In this document: positions 50,436 to 59,387 of the stretch, in pieces | Layout: every line of letters begins with the position of its first letter | Position numbering within the stretch: the first letter of the stretch is position 1 | From: an uncultured Alphaproteobacteria bacterium | Lineage (GTDB): Bacteria > Pseudomonadota > Alphaproteobacteria > Rhizobiales > Xanthobacteraceae | Direction: 5' to 3' | Length of the DNA: 64,000 nucleotides | Assembly: GCA_963784755.1 (NCBI GenBank) | Contig: CAWASS010000003.1 | Coordinates: 395,591-459,590, forward strand | Notes under the pieces: model-generated | Databases searched by the model: none | Told to the model about the DNA's origin: nothing | The model's input: the letters and a program-made list of their open reading frames with translations, nothing else | Program-made: the position numbers and the translations under genes

Positions 50436-50585
50436 GGAGAGAATCTCAAGTTCCCGTGTTTTACCACGCCGGCGGACTTGGAATCGCAAAACCGCTGCGA
50501 TAGTTTTCGCCGCTTCCAGCCCATATAGTGATTGCCGATGAAAACGGTGGATAACCCTGGCCGGCGCGGCATACGAAAAAGCGGT

Positions 50586-51203
50586 ATGCGCGCACTCGCC
50601 CTGACCGCGATCTCTGCCGCCGTGCTGTCCGCCGTCCGACCCGCGCTTGCCGTCGAACTGAGCGCGCCGATCGCGGCGCTGTACTCCACGGTCTCGATTT
50701 ATCCGCCTTCTGCGACATCCATGACGGTCTGCTACGGCTTTGTTTGCCGGCGCAGGGAAATCCTCAATTTCACGTCCGGCGACCGCAGGGCGCTGACGCA
50801 GATCCTGGCGGCGGGAAAAGCCTCCGCCGCGGCGGAGCGGGCGGCGGTGCAGAAGGCGGTGATCTGGTTCGATCGCCGCATGGGGCCGATCATCGGGACC
50901 GACAAGCGCGTCGCCAAAGCCGACTTCCGCTATTTCGACGACAAGCACAATTACGACTGCTGGGACGTCACCCGCAATACCACGAGTCTGCTACTGGTGC
51001 TGCAGCAATGGGACCTGTTCAAATATCACAGGGTAGGCGACCCGCACTATCGTGGCAACGCACTGGTATTGCAGACGCCGCACAACACCGCGGTGCTGGT
51101 CGATCGTGCGACCGGGGTCGAGTGGGTGGTCGATCTCTGGCCCCGCGGCTATCTGCAGCCCCCGGACGTGATGACCGTGCAGAAGTGGGTCACGGAAGAC
51201 TGA
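50586..51203 (+). CDS. Hypothetical secreted protein
   Basis: Signal peptide ending ALA; CYGFVC, YDCWD, PHNTAV, WVVDLW. Confidence 0.7.
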   Translation: MRALALTAISAAVLSAVRPALAVELSAPIAALYSTVSIYPPSATSMTVCYGFVCRRREILNFTSGDRRALTQILAAGKASAAAERAAVQKAVIWFDRRMGPIIGTDKRVAKADFRYFDDKHNYDCWDVTRNTTSLLLVLQQWDLFKYHRVGDPHYRGNALVLQTPHNTAVLVDRATGVEWVVDLWPRGYLQPPDVMTVQKWVTED

Positions 51204-51343
51204 GTGCCCACGCACAATTGCCCGCAAGAGCGGCGTCCGCTCTTGCGGAAGACGTTTTATCTTTTTTGAGGATGATGCTTCGGAAGCCTTAGCCCCCGGA
51301 TTGCATCCGAGGGCCTGCTTTTAAGGAGATCGCGCTGTCAGCG

Positions 51344-51544
51344 TCAAACCTTGAGGTGTTCAGCCGAGGTCTTGCCGCGGTTGGCGACTTCCTCGTATTC
51401 CACCGTCTGTCCTTCATTGAGCGTCGAAAAACCGGCCTTTTCGACCGCCGAAATATGAACGAACACGTCCTTGCCGCCATTGCTGGGCTGGATAAATCCG
51501 AAACCCTTGGTCGGGTTAAACCACTTCACAGTACCTTTAGCCAT
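51344..51544 (-). CDS. cspA: Cold-shock protein
   Basis: [25 protein letters not shown] motifs. Confidence 0.95.
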   Translation of the reverse strand: MAKGTVKWFNPTKGFGFIQPSNGGKDVFVHISAVEKAGFSTLNEGQTVEYEEVANRGKTSAEHLKV

Positions 51545-51836
51545 CACGTCGTCTCCGCAGGATTAAAAACAATCACGATCGGTCGGTCCCTGGAAACCGG
51601 CTTATCCGACGGGCGCACGATACGCGGTATGGGCCAAGCTTGATAGCTTAAAACAGCATCCTGAAAATCCGGGAAATCGGTGCGTAGGGTGCCCGGATCG
51701 CGCTTTTTACCGGTTTCGCGGCCATTTGGCGCGACAGAAAGCCGCAAAAGCGTCTCTCGTTACGATTTTATGAAATGCCTACGCGTCGCGCGCGCCCGCG
51801 AAAGCCGGTGCGCGCGCAATCGGGCTCGATCGGATC

Positions 51837-52166
51837 TCAGTAGTTGGCGGTGAGATAATCGACAATCTTGCCAACGTCGGCGTCGTCGATCGGCGCGCCA
51901 TAGACCTTGATCATCTTGGTCACTTCGGCCTGCCAGAAATCCTTGGTGAATTTCGGCCCGCGCGGCTGGGTCTGGACATAATCCGCCGAGTGGCACGCGG
52001 TACAGTTGTTCTTGACCACCTCGACATTCGCGCCGGGCTTGAACGCCGCGGTCTCCTCGGGAAGCGTGTAGGAGATCGGCTTGGCGCTGGCCGCGATCAG
52101 GCCGAAGCCGGCGGCTAGTCCGGCAAGCGTGGCGAGTGCGAGGAAAACCGAACGCGTCATGATCAT
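51837..52166 (-). CDS. sorB: Cytochrome c subunit of sulfite dehydrogenase (SorB-like)
   Basis: Signal peptide, CTACH heme motif, KMIKVYGAPI; directly downstream of sorA. Confidence 0.8.
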   Translation of the reverse strand: MIMTRSVFLALATLAGLAAGFGLIAASAKPISYTLPEETAAFKPGANVEVVKNNCTACHSADYVQTQPRGPKFTKDFWQAEVTKMIKVYGAPIDDADVGKIVDYLTANY

Positions 52167-52172
52167 TCTCCT

Positions 52173-53378
52173 CTAGGCTGCCGTGACGCGGACGGTTTCG
52201 ACGACGTTGCGCAGATATCCGGCCGGATTCCACAGGGGATCCATCGGCTGCACATCGCCGGCATTGTTGGTGGCGCGAACCTTGAGTTCGTGCGCGCCGG
52301 CTTCAAGCTTCACCGGCAGCTTCCACTCCCGGAACGAATACTTGCCCAAATCCCTGCCGAGCTTTGCCGGCATCCAGGTCTTGCCGCCGTCGATGGAGAC
52401 CGCGACTTCCTTGATGCCCTTGCCGCCGTCGAAGGCGATACCCTTGAGCGTCGTTCCGCCCCGCTTCAATTTTGCGCCATCGGCCACGCTGGTGATGAAG
52501 GAACGCACGGTGAAGCGGTTGATCGGAATCGTCGCCTTCGGTGCGGTGCCGGGCTCGACGCAGTTGCATGCATTGTCCGGAATGCGATAGGCGGTCTTCA
52601 TCCAGAAATTATCCAGCACGCTGTCGATCACGGTGATTTCGTTGAGGTGCTTCACCCAGTAGGTGCCGTAATAGCCGGGCACCACGAGGCGCAGCGGAAA
52701 GCCGTTGAGCACCGGCAAATCCTCGCCGTTCATGCCATAGGCCAGCATCACTTCGCCGTCGCGGGCATGGTCGAGATCGAGCGCCTTGACGAAATCCGGC
52801 GTCTTGTCGCTGACCGGGCCGTCCATGCCGTTGAAGGTGACCTGTTTGGCGCCCTGCTGCACGCCGGCTTTTTCGAGCACGGTTTTCAGCGGCACGCCGC
52901 GCCAGCGCGCATTGCCCATGGCGCCGTTGCCGGACTGCCCGCCGGCGACGCGCGGATTGGAGAGTCCGCGGCTGTTGCCGGAGCACTGATTGACGGCTGT
53001 TATCTCGACCGCGGGAAGCTTCTTGATCTCCTTCAGCGACAGTTTGAGCGGGCGGTCGACCTTGCCCTTGACCTCCAGGGTGAACGTGTCGGGATCGATG
53101 TTGAGCGGAACGTCGGCCAGATGATAGCGGACGAAAAATGCGTTGTTCGGGGTGATGACGCCTTCATTGAAGACTGAAAACGGTGTTTCCAGTTGCGGCG
53201 GCCGGCTGGTCAGCCCGATCATCGGCCGCTTCTGCGGAACTTTCACCAGCGGACGCTCGCCATTGTCGAACGGCAGCGTCACCGTATCGAGCGCGAACGC
53301 CTTGATGGAATTGAGGCCGGTCGCGGCGCCAAGTGCTGCTATTCCGGCACGTTTGATCAACTCTCGTCGGTCGAGCAT
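52173..53378 (-). CDS. sorA: Sulfite:cytochrome c oxidoreductase molybdopterin subunit (SorA-like)
   Basis: Twin-arginine DRRELIK, FFVRYH, QCSGNSR, NGFPLRLVVPGYYGTYWVK. Confidence 0.85.
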   Translation of the reverse strand: MLDRRELIKRAGIAALGAATGLNSIKAFALDTVTLPFDNGERPLVKVPQKRPMIGLTSRPPQLETPFSVFNEGVITPNNAFFVRYHLADVPLNIDPDTFTLEVKGKVDRPLKLSLKEIKKLPAVEITAVNQCSGNSRGLSNPRVAGGQSGNGAMGNARWRGVPLKTVLEKAGVQQGAKQVTFNGMDGPVSDKTPDFVKALDLDHARDGEVMLAYGMNGEDLPVLNGFPLRLVVPGYYGTYWVKHLNEITVIDSVLDNFWMKTAYRIPDNACNCVEPGTAPKATIPINRFTVRSFITSVADGAKLKRGGTTLKGIAFDGGKGIKEVAVSIDGGKTWMPAKLGRDLGKYSFREWKLPVKLEAGAHELKVRATNNAGDVQPMDPLWNPAGYLRNVVETVRVTAA

Positions 53379-53566
53379 GGGGCTTCCTCCGAAGCTTTTC
53401 TGTCGAAACCGGTCATCACCGGACTCACTGTGCATGAGTGTCGCATCCGTAACGACTGAGTCAATTCATGCTTTCGGAGTGTGAATTAGGAGAAAGAATG
53501 TGCTGTCACCGCGATGCAGCAATAAAACCCCGGCCGCACCAAACAGCCGGGAACAGATCACGTACC

Positions 53567-53595
53567 GGGTCCTCCCCGCCTTCGCGGGGACGACG
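53567..53595. repeat. REP-like family D half copy
   Basis: gggtcctccccgccttcgcggggacgacg. Confidence 0.55.
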
Positions 53596-53598
53596 TGG

Positions 53599-55338
53599 TC
53601 AGGCTGCGATCACGCTCGCGTCCTCGACAAGATCGGACAAACTCTTGGCGCTGGCGACCGCGCGTACAATCATCGGCTCGGCGCGTCCGCGGATGTCAAC
53701 GTCGTGCTGTGGCAATGCGTCGGCCGATAACTCTGCCGTCTTGTGCACCTCTTCCGAGAAGATCACCTCGCAGGCGAGACCCTTGGTCATGTCCTGCAGC
53801 CTGGCCGCGACGTTGACGGCGTCGCCGAGTGCGGTGAACACCATGTGGTCGCGATAGCCGATGTCGCCAATGATGACTTCGCCGCCGTGAATGCCGATGC
53901 CGAAGCGGATCGGCTCGCGCAGATCGTGACTGAGAAACTGGTTCAACTCATCGACATTGGCGGCGATCGTCGCCGCGGCGCGGAGCGCCTGACGGCAGGC
54001 GGTTCGCGGGTTGGTGCCGAGCCCGAACAGCGCCAACTGCCCGTCGCCGACGAACTGGTTGGGCTGGCCGCCGCAATCGATCACGGCTTTCGAGACCGCG
54101 CCGAGGAAGCGGTTGACAATGAAGACGGTGTCGAACGGCAGCCGTTTCTCCGCAAGTTTTGTGGAGCCGCGCATGTCCACGAACATGCTGACAAGGTAGC
54201 GCTCTTCGCCGATGCGCGCGGGACTCGAGGTCCGTAAGGTCGCTGCCGTGATTTGCGGCAAAAATATCTGGAAGAAGGAGAGGTCGGTTTCGGGCCGCAG
54301 CTGGCAGGCGAGACGAATCGCCGGGTCGGCGCCGGCGCCGACGCGATTGAGCACGAAGGTTTCGCGCTGCGAAGGTTGGGGCAAAGCGCCGCAGTCGCCG
54401 ATCACGCGGATGCGGCAGGTCGAGCAGCGGGCGCGGCCGCCACAAACGCTGGCGTGCGGCACGTTATTGCGCAGGCTGGCCTCGAGCACGCTGAGCCCCT
54501 TGGGCACGCGAACCGTCCTGCCGTTGCCATAGGACAGGGTGATCATGCCGTGGCGGCGCTCGTTCAGGGCGCGCACGCCGCGCGCCCCAAGCGCCAGTCC
54601 GATCAGGCCGAGATAGCCGATCAGGAAATAGTCCACGATGTTGTCGAGCATGCCTTGCTCGGCCGGCGTGCCGACCTTTTGCCGCGACAGATTCTCGGCT
54701 TTCCATTCGGGGGTGCTGCTTTCCTCGATCACCGTCCGTCCGCCTTGATAGAGGCCGAGCATCGCCAGCGTCGGAATCAGCACCGCGGCGGCCAGCAGGA
54801 AAGGTGCTCCGCTTTTGAAGAACGCCTTCATCCGCAGCCAGAAATACAGTCCAATGCAGCCGTGAACCCAGGCGACCACAAGGACGATGAACATCAGCCA
54901 CATCTTGTAAGGCCAGACTACCCAGTAGGCATAAAACACCTGCGGATAGAGTTTTTCGTGCCCGAACAGCGCTTGGCCAAGCCGCACCCCGGCAAGATGG
55001 GTAATGATCAGCGCGGGAATGCTCAAGCCGAGCACCAGCTGCAGCGGCTCGATCGCCTTCCAGCGGAATTGCCGCCGTTCGTACAGCGCCCAGACGCCAA
55101 GGCCGGTATGCGTCAGCGCGGCGGCGTAAAACACGATCGCGACGGGAAGGAATTGCCAAAACATGGTGTGGATGTAGATGCCCGCAGCCAAGGCATCCAT
55201 CGAGACGTTGCCAAGTGCGTGGTTGACGAAATGGCTGACCAGATAGGCGAACAGAACCAGCCCGCAGGCCAGGCGAATCTGCCGGACGCTGATGCCGCGG
55301 ATGAATTTTCCAAGCTGGCCGGTGGACGATTCTGCCAT
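53599..55338 (-). CDS. Class III nucleotide cyclase with His-containing membrane domain and 2Fe-2S ferredoxin domain (CyaC-like)
   Basis: TM helices with His (SHFVNH, THTG, THLAG, WVHG); CGGRARCSTC...C; FVDMRGST, FVGDG, GDAVNVAARLQ. Confidence 0.88.
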   Translation of the reverse strand: MAESSTGQLGKFIRGISVRQIRLACGLVLFAYLVSHFVNHALGNVSMDALAAGIYIHTMFWQFLPVAIVFYAAALTHTGLGVWALYERRQFRWKAIEPLQLVLGLSIPALIITHLAGVRLGQALFGHEKLYPQVFYAYWVVWPYKMWLMFIVLVVAWVHGCIGLYFWLRMKAFFKSGAPFLLAAAVLIPTLAMLGLYQGGRTVIEESSTPEWKAENLSRQKVGTPAEQGMLDNIVDYFLIGYLGLIGLALGARGVRALNERRHGMITLSYGNGRTVRVPKGLSVLEASLRNNVPHASVCGGRARCSTCRIRVIGDCGALPQPSQRETFVLNRVGAGADPAIRLACQLRPETDLSFFQIFLPQITAATLRTSSPARIGEERYLVSMFVDMRGSTKLAEKRLPFDTVFIVNRFLGAVSKAVIDCGGQPNQFVGDGQLALFGLGTNPRTACRQALRAAATIAANVDELNQFLSHDLREPIRFGIGIHGGEVIIGDIGYRDHMVFTALGDAVNVAARLQDMTKGLACEVIFSEEVHKTAELSADALPQHDVDIRGRAEPMIVRAVASAKSLSDLVEDASVIAA

Positions 55339-55479
55339 GGGGTCCTGTCGAATATATCGCGCGATGTTACGGTTTATTCCCATAACTGACCACACTTCTC
55401 TCATCGTTTCCGCCTTCGCGGAGACGACGTTGCGCCGTTAACACGTTGACACCCCAACCGGAGTTGGCGAGAAAGCGCC

Positions 55480-57090
55480 GTGACGACAGCCCCGCCAGAG
55501 CAAGCCGACCGGCAACAGCGCTACCAACTCGTGGCCGTGGTCGCGCTGATCGCGGCTCTCACCGCGATGCGCATGATCTACGCCGGCGTGATCGAGCTGC
55601 GCACCGACGAGGCCTATTACTGGACCTGGTCGAAGGAAAACGTGCTGTCGTTCCTCGATCATCCCCCGATGATCGCGTGGTTCATCCGCTTCGGCACCGC
55701 GATCTTCGGCGACACCAGTTTCGGCGTGCGGTTCGCGGGCATACTGGCGATGCCGGTCATGCAGCTGCTGCTGGCGGATACCGTCCGGCGCGTGACGCAT
55801 GATTTTCGCGCGGTCATCCTTGCGGTGCTGATGTCGGAGGCCGCGGTGTACTACGGGCTGCTGATGGCCAAGGTCGCCCCCGACGTCGCGCTGATTCCGT
55901 TCGCGGCGGCGATGGTCTGGGCGCTGGTGCGGCTGGTCGAGAGCGACGATGCACGCTGGTGGCTCGTCGCCGGCGTGTTCGCGGGGCTTGCGGTGTTGTC
56001 GAAATTCACCGCAGTGATGCTGCTTCCCGCGGTGCTGGCGTTCATGCTGATACCGGGCTGGCGCCGGCGCTGGCTGACGAGCCCGTATCCATGGCTTGCT
56101 GCGCTGATTGCCGTTTTGATTTTCTCGCCGGTGCTGATCTGGAACGCGCAGCACGGTTGGGCTTCGTTCCGATTCCAGTCGGTGCGCGCGGTAGCCACTC
56201 ATGAACTGTCGCTGCGCACGGTGGGGGATTTCTTCGGCCTGCAATTCTTTCTGGTCGGGCCGATCCTGCTGCCGGTGCTGCTGTCGGCGGTGACCTTGAC
56301 GGCATGGCGCGGAACCCGGCAACGCGACGCTATCTCCATTCTGCTTTCGGCCTGCGTGATCGTGCCGTTCCTCTATTTTCTGTGGAAGTCGCTGACGCTG
56401 CGCATTGGCGACACCTGGCCGATGTTTTTGTGGCCGATCGGCTTTGCCGCCGCCGCCATCAACATCTCCATGCTGCCGCGGGAAGGCTGGCCGGGCTGGA
56501 TGATCAGGTCCACCATCGCATGGGCCAAGCTTGCGGTCGCCTCGGGCATCGTGCTGGTGGTAGGGACCTTTCTCTATTCCGTCGCCATCCCCTGGAATTT
56601 GTTCGGCAAGGCCGACCCGATCGGCGGCGAGGCGGGCTACGAGCAGGTCGCAAGCCGCGCCCAGACCGAAATGCTGAAGATCGGCGCGAGCTGGATTGCA
56701 ACCACGGATTACCGCACCTACGCGATGCTGCGCTGGTATCTCGGAGATCGCGTGCCGGTGATCCAGATCAGCGAGCGTGGCCGCTTCACAGGCTTTCGCG
56801 ATCCCGGCATGAACCAGATCAACGGCCATACCGGCCTTTATGTCGCGCGCGAGCCGGACCAGACCAATCCGGTCTGGGCCGCGACGACGGCGGTTCGCAC
56901 GCCGCTCGGTCAGGTCGAACGAAGCTGGCGCGGAACCGTGATGGATACTTATGCGCTGGAGAAATTGACCGGCTGGACCCCCGAACTTTCCCCGCCGCCG
57001 GACTCGCCGCTGTATCGCTGGCGCGTACTGGCGGAAAACAGCGCAGTATACGAAAATCGGCTATTCGCCTTCGCAGGCCCGATCAAATAA
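55480..57090 (+). CDS. Glycosyltransferase family 39 (ArnT-like)
   Basis: DEAYYWTWS, DHPPMIAW, LSKFT, PVLIWNAQHGW. Confidence 0.85.
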   Translation: MTTAPPEQADRQQRYQLVAVVALIAALTAMRMIYAGVIELRTDEAYYWTWSKENVLSFLDHPPMIAWFIRFGTAIFGDTSFGVRFAGILAMPVMQLLLADTVRRVTHDFRAVILAVLMSEAAVYYGLLMAKVAPDVALIPFAAAMVWALVRLVESDDARWWLVAGVFAGLAVLSKFTAVMLLPAVLAFMLIPGWRRRWLTSPYPWLAALIAVLIFSPVLIWNAQHGWASFRFQSVRAVATHELSLRTVGDFFGLQFFLVGPILLPVLLSAVTLTAWRGTRQRDAISILLSACVIVPFLYFLWKSLTLRIGDTWPMFLWPIGFAAAAINISMLPREGWPGWMIRSTIAWAKLAVASGIVLVVGTFLYSVAIPWNLFGKADPIGGEAGYEQVASRAQTEMLKIGASWIATTDYRTYAMLRWYLGDRVPVIQISERGRFTGFRDPGMNQINGHTGLYVAREPDQTNPVWAATTAVRTPLGQVERSWRGTVMDTYALEKLTGWTPELSPPPDSPLYRWRVLAENSAVYENRLFAFAGPIK

Positions 57091-57115
57091 GAACCCTCGG
57101 CAGGAGTGGCACAGG

Positions 57116-58092
57116 ATGATCCCTAGGACAATCGCAGTGGTGCTGTCGCTGTGTGCCATGGCGCTGCCGGTATCGGCGGCAGATTACCCCGATCACGCCA
57201 TCAGGATCATCGTGCCGTTCGCGGCCGGCGGCGGCACCGACGTGCTGGCGCGCATCATCGCGCAAAACCTCAACAGCAAATGGGGCCAGCCCGTGGTGGT
57301 GGAAAATCAGCCGGGCGCCTCCGGCGCGATCGGCACCCGCGCGGTGATGAAGGCGCCGCCCGACGGCTATACCTTGCTGATGGCATCCACCGGCGCCTTG
57401 ATGGCGGTGTCCGGCGCGGACGGCGACGGTCCGTTCGAACGTCAGCAAGGTGCTCGCGCCGATCGCGATCGGCGCGGCGCCGCCATATCTGCTCGTCGTC
57501 AACCCGAAGCTGCCGGTCAACTCGACAGCCGATCTGATCCGCCTGGCAAAAGAAAAGCCAGATGGCTTGACGTTCGGCTCCTCCGGCGTGGGGGCAGCGT
57601 CGCATCTGTCCGGCCTGTTTGTTCGCTGGCGAAACCGGAATCAAGCTGCTGCACGTTCCCTATAAGGGCACCGGACCCGCGGTGACCGATCTGCTCGGCG
57701 CGCGCATCGACCTGATGTTCGCGCCAGGGCCGGTGGTGCAACAGTTCGTGCAATCGGGCCAGCTCAAGGCGCTCGGCGTCACCGACACCAGACGATCCCG
57801 TTTTTATCCCGACGTGCCGACCGTCGCCGAGGGCGACGTGCCCGGTTACGAATCGGTGGGTTGGTTCGGCTTGCTGGCGCCAGTCGGTACGCCGCCGGAA
57901 ATCATCAAGCAGATCAACCAAGCCATTGTCGCCGCGACGGAGACCCAGGAATTCCGCGATCATCTGGCGACGCTGGGCGCCGAGCCCAAGCCGCAGACGC
58001 CGGAAGAGTTCGGCCGCTACATCAATGCCAACGTCGCCAAATGGAGCAAGCTTGTGAAAGACAACGACGTGCAATTGCCGGGAGGAAAGTGA
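57116..58092 (+). CDS. Bug/TctC tripartite tricarboxylate transporter substrate-binding protein; two apparent +1 bases (~57438, ~57617)
   Basis: IVPFAAGGGTD, VENQPGASG, PDGYTLL, FGSSGVG, HVPYKGTGPA, WFGLLAP spread over three frames. Confidence 0.85.
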
Positions 58093-59009
58093 TGCGTTTG
58101 GCAACGTTTACGGATGAGTCGCTGGAGCCACGCTTTGGCGTGGTGCGCGGTGAGAAAGTTTTCGATGTCGTTGCCATGGCGGGCATGCTTGGAAAGCCGG
58201 CTCCAGCGAAAACTGTCAAGTATGCCTTGACAAGTGGCCCGCAGACGCTCGCCCTGCTACGCAAAATGGTAGATTTATGCGAGAGCAACGATCTGTACCG
58301 TCCGACCTCAAACGTCAAATTCCTGCCGCCAATTCCCGATCCGTCAAAATTCTTCTGCGTCGGCAAGAACAACAGGAAGCATCGCGAGGAACTCAAAGCC
58401 AACAAGATGCTGACGGAGGTTCCGAACGAGCCGACCGGCTTCATCAAGCTCACCGACACCATGTCGGGCGACGGCGACGAGGTCGTCAGGCCCGAGGGCA
58501 TCACCACGCTCGATTACGAGCCGGAGCTTTGCTACGTCGTCGGCAAGCGCGCGCATGGTGTGAAGAAAGCAGATGCGATGGATTATATCGCGGGCTTCAT
58601 GCTCACCAATGACATCAGCGCGCGGGAAATCCAGCAGCGCGAGGTGGCCTCCGGGAGCCGGTTCTGGACCGCGAAGAACATGCCGGGCTTCGCGCCGGTG
58701 GGGCCGTACGTCCTGACCATGGATGAAGTCGCCGATACCGACAATCTCTGGGTCACCTGCCACGTCAACGGGGAGCCGCGGCTGCGCTCGAACACGGGCG
58801 ACTATCTGTACAAGATCGCGGATGTGCTGGAGCATTTTTCGCGCTACGTCGTATTCGAGCCGGGCGACCTGATCGCGATGGGCGCGCCGAGCGGCGTCGC
58901 CGTCGGACAGCCGAACGCGTCGGAGCTTTATCTCAAGCCCGGCGACGACATGGTGATTGCATTCGAAGGATTGATGTCGCTGCGCACAAAGATCGTCGCG
59001 CCGCGCTGA
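58092..59009 (+). CDS. Fumarylacetoacetate hydrolase family protein
   Basis: FCVGKNN, LDYEPEL, NDISAR, KNMPGFAPVGP, PGDLIAMGAPSGV; TGATG stop/start overlap with the upstream gene. Confidence 0.88.
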   Translation: MRLATFTDESLEPRFGVVRGEKVFDVVAMAGMLGKPAPAKTVKYALTSGPQTLALLRKMVDLCESNDLYRPTSNVKFLPPIPDPSKFFCVGKNNRKHREELKANKMLTEVPNEPTGFIKLTDTMSGDGDEVVRPEGITTLDYEPELCYVVGKRAHGVKKADAMDYIAGFMLTNDISAREIQQREVASGSRFWTAKNMPGFAPVGPYVLTMDEVADTDNLWVTCHVNGEPRLRSNTGDYLYKIADVLEHFSRYVVFEPGDLIAMGAPSGVAVGQPNASELYLKPGDDMVIAFEGLMSLRTKIVAPR

Positions 59010-59093
59010 GGGATCACATTCGTTCAATTAGGGTTCAGCCGGTGAACGAAAATCGTTCCCGCGCGTTGTGGGGGTCCACAGAGGACACTCGAA

Positions 59094-59330
59094 ATGAACA
59101 ACATCAAAGAACACATGGAAGTGATCGGCGCCGACGGCGTGCATGTCGGCACCGTCGACCGGGTTGAAAACGGCAAGATCAAGCTGACCAAAGCCGATAG
59201 CGGCGAGGGCAAGCACAAGGGACACCACCACTTCATCGACCTCGGCCTGGTTGCCGAAGTTGAAGGCCGGAAGGTTCGCTTGTCCGCGAACGGCAATGTC
59301 GCGGTGACGATGGAAGAAGAAAAGAGCTGA
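59094..59330 (+). CDS. DUF2171-like small protein
   Basis: IKEHMEVIGADGVHVGTVD, IKLTK, HHFI. Confidence 0.8.
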   Translation: MNNIKEHMEVIGADGVHVGTVDRVENGKIKLTKADSGEGKHKGHHHFIDLGLVAEVEGRKVRLSANGNVAVTMEEEKS

Positions 59331-59387
59331 CGGCCTGCGAAGCACGAACGCCGCCCGAACGTCCGGACGGCTTTCTGACGTTTGAGG

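Noticed and set aside
58092-58330. AT-richer 5' part of the FAH gene suggesting mosaic origin
   Set aside because: Spot counts (35/60, 27/60) overlap values later in the same gene (30/60); evidence insufficient
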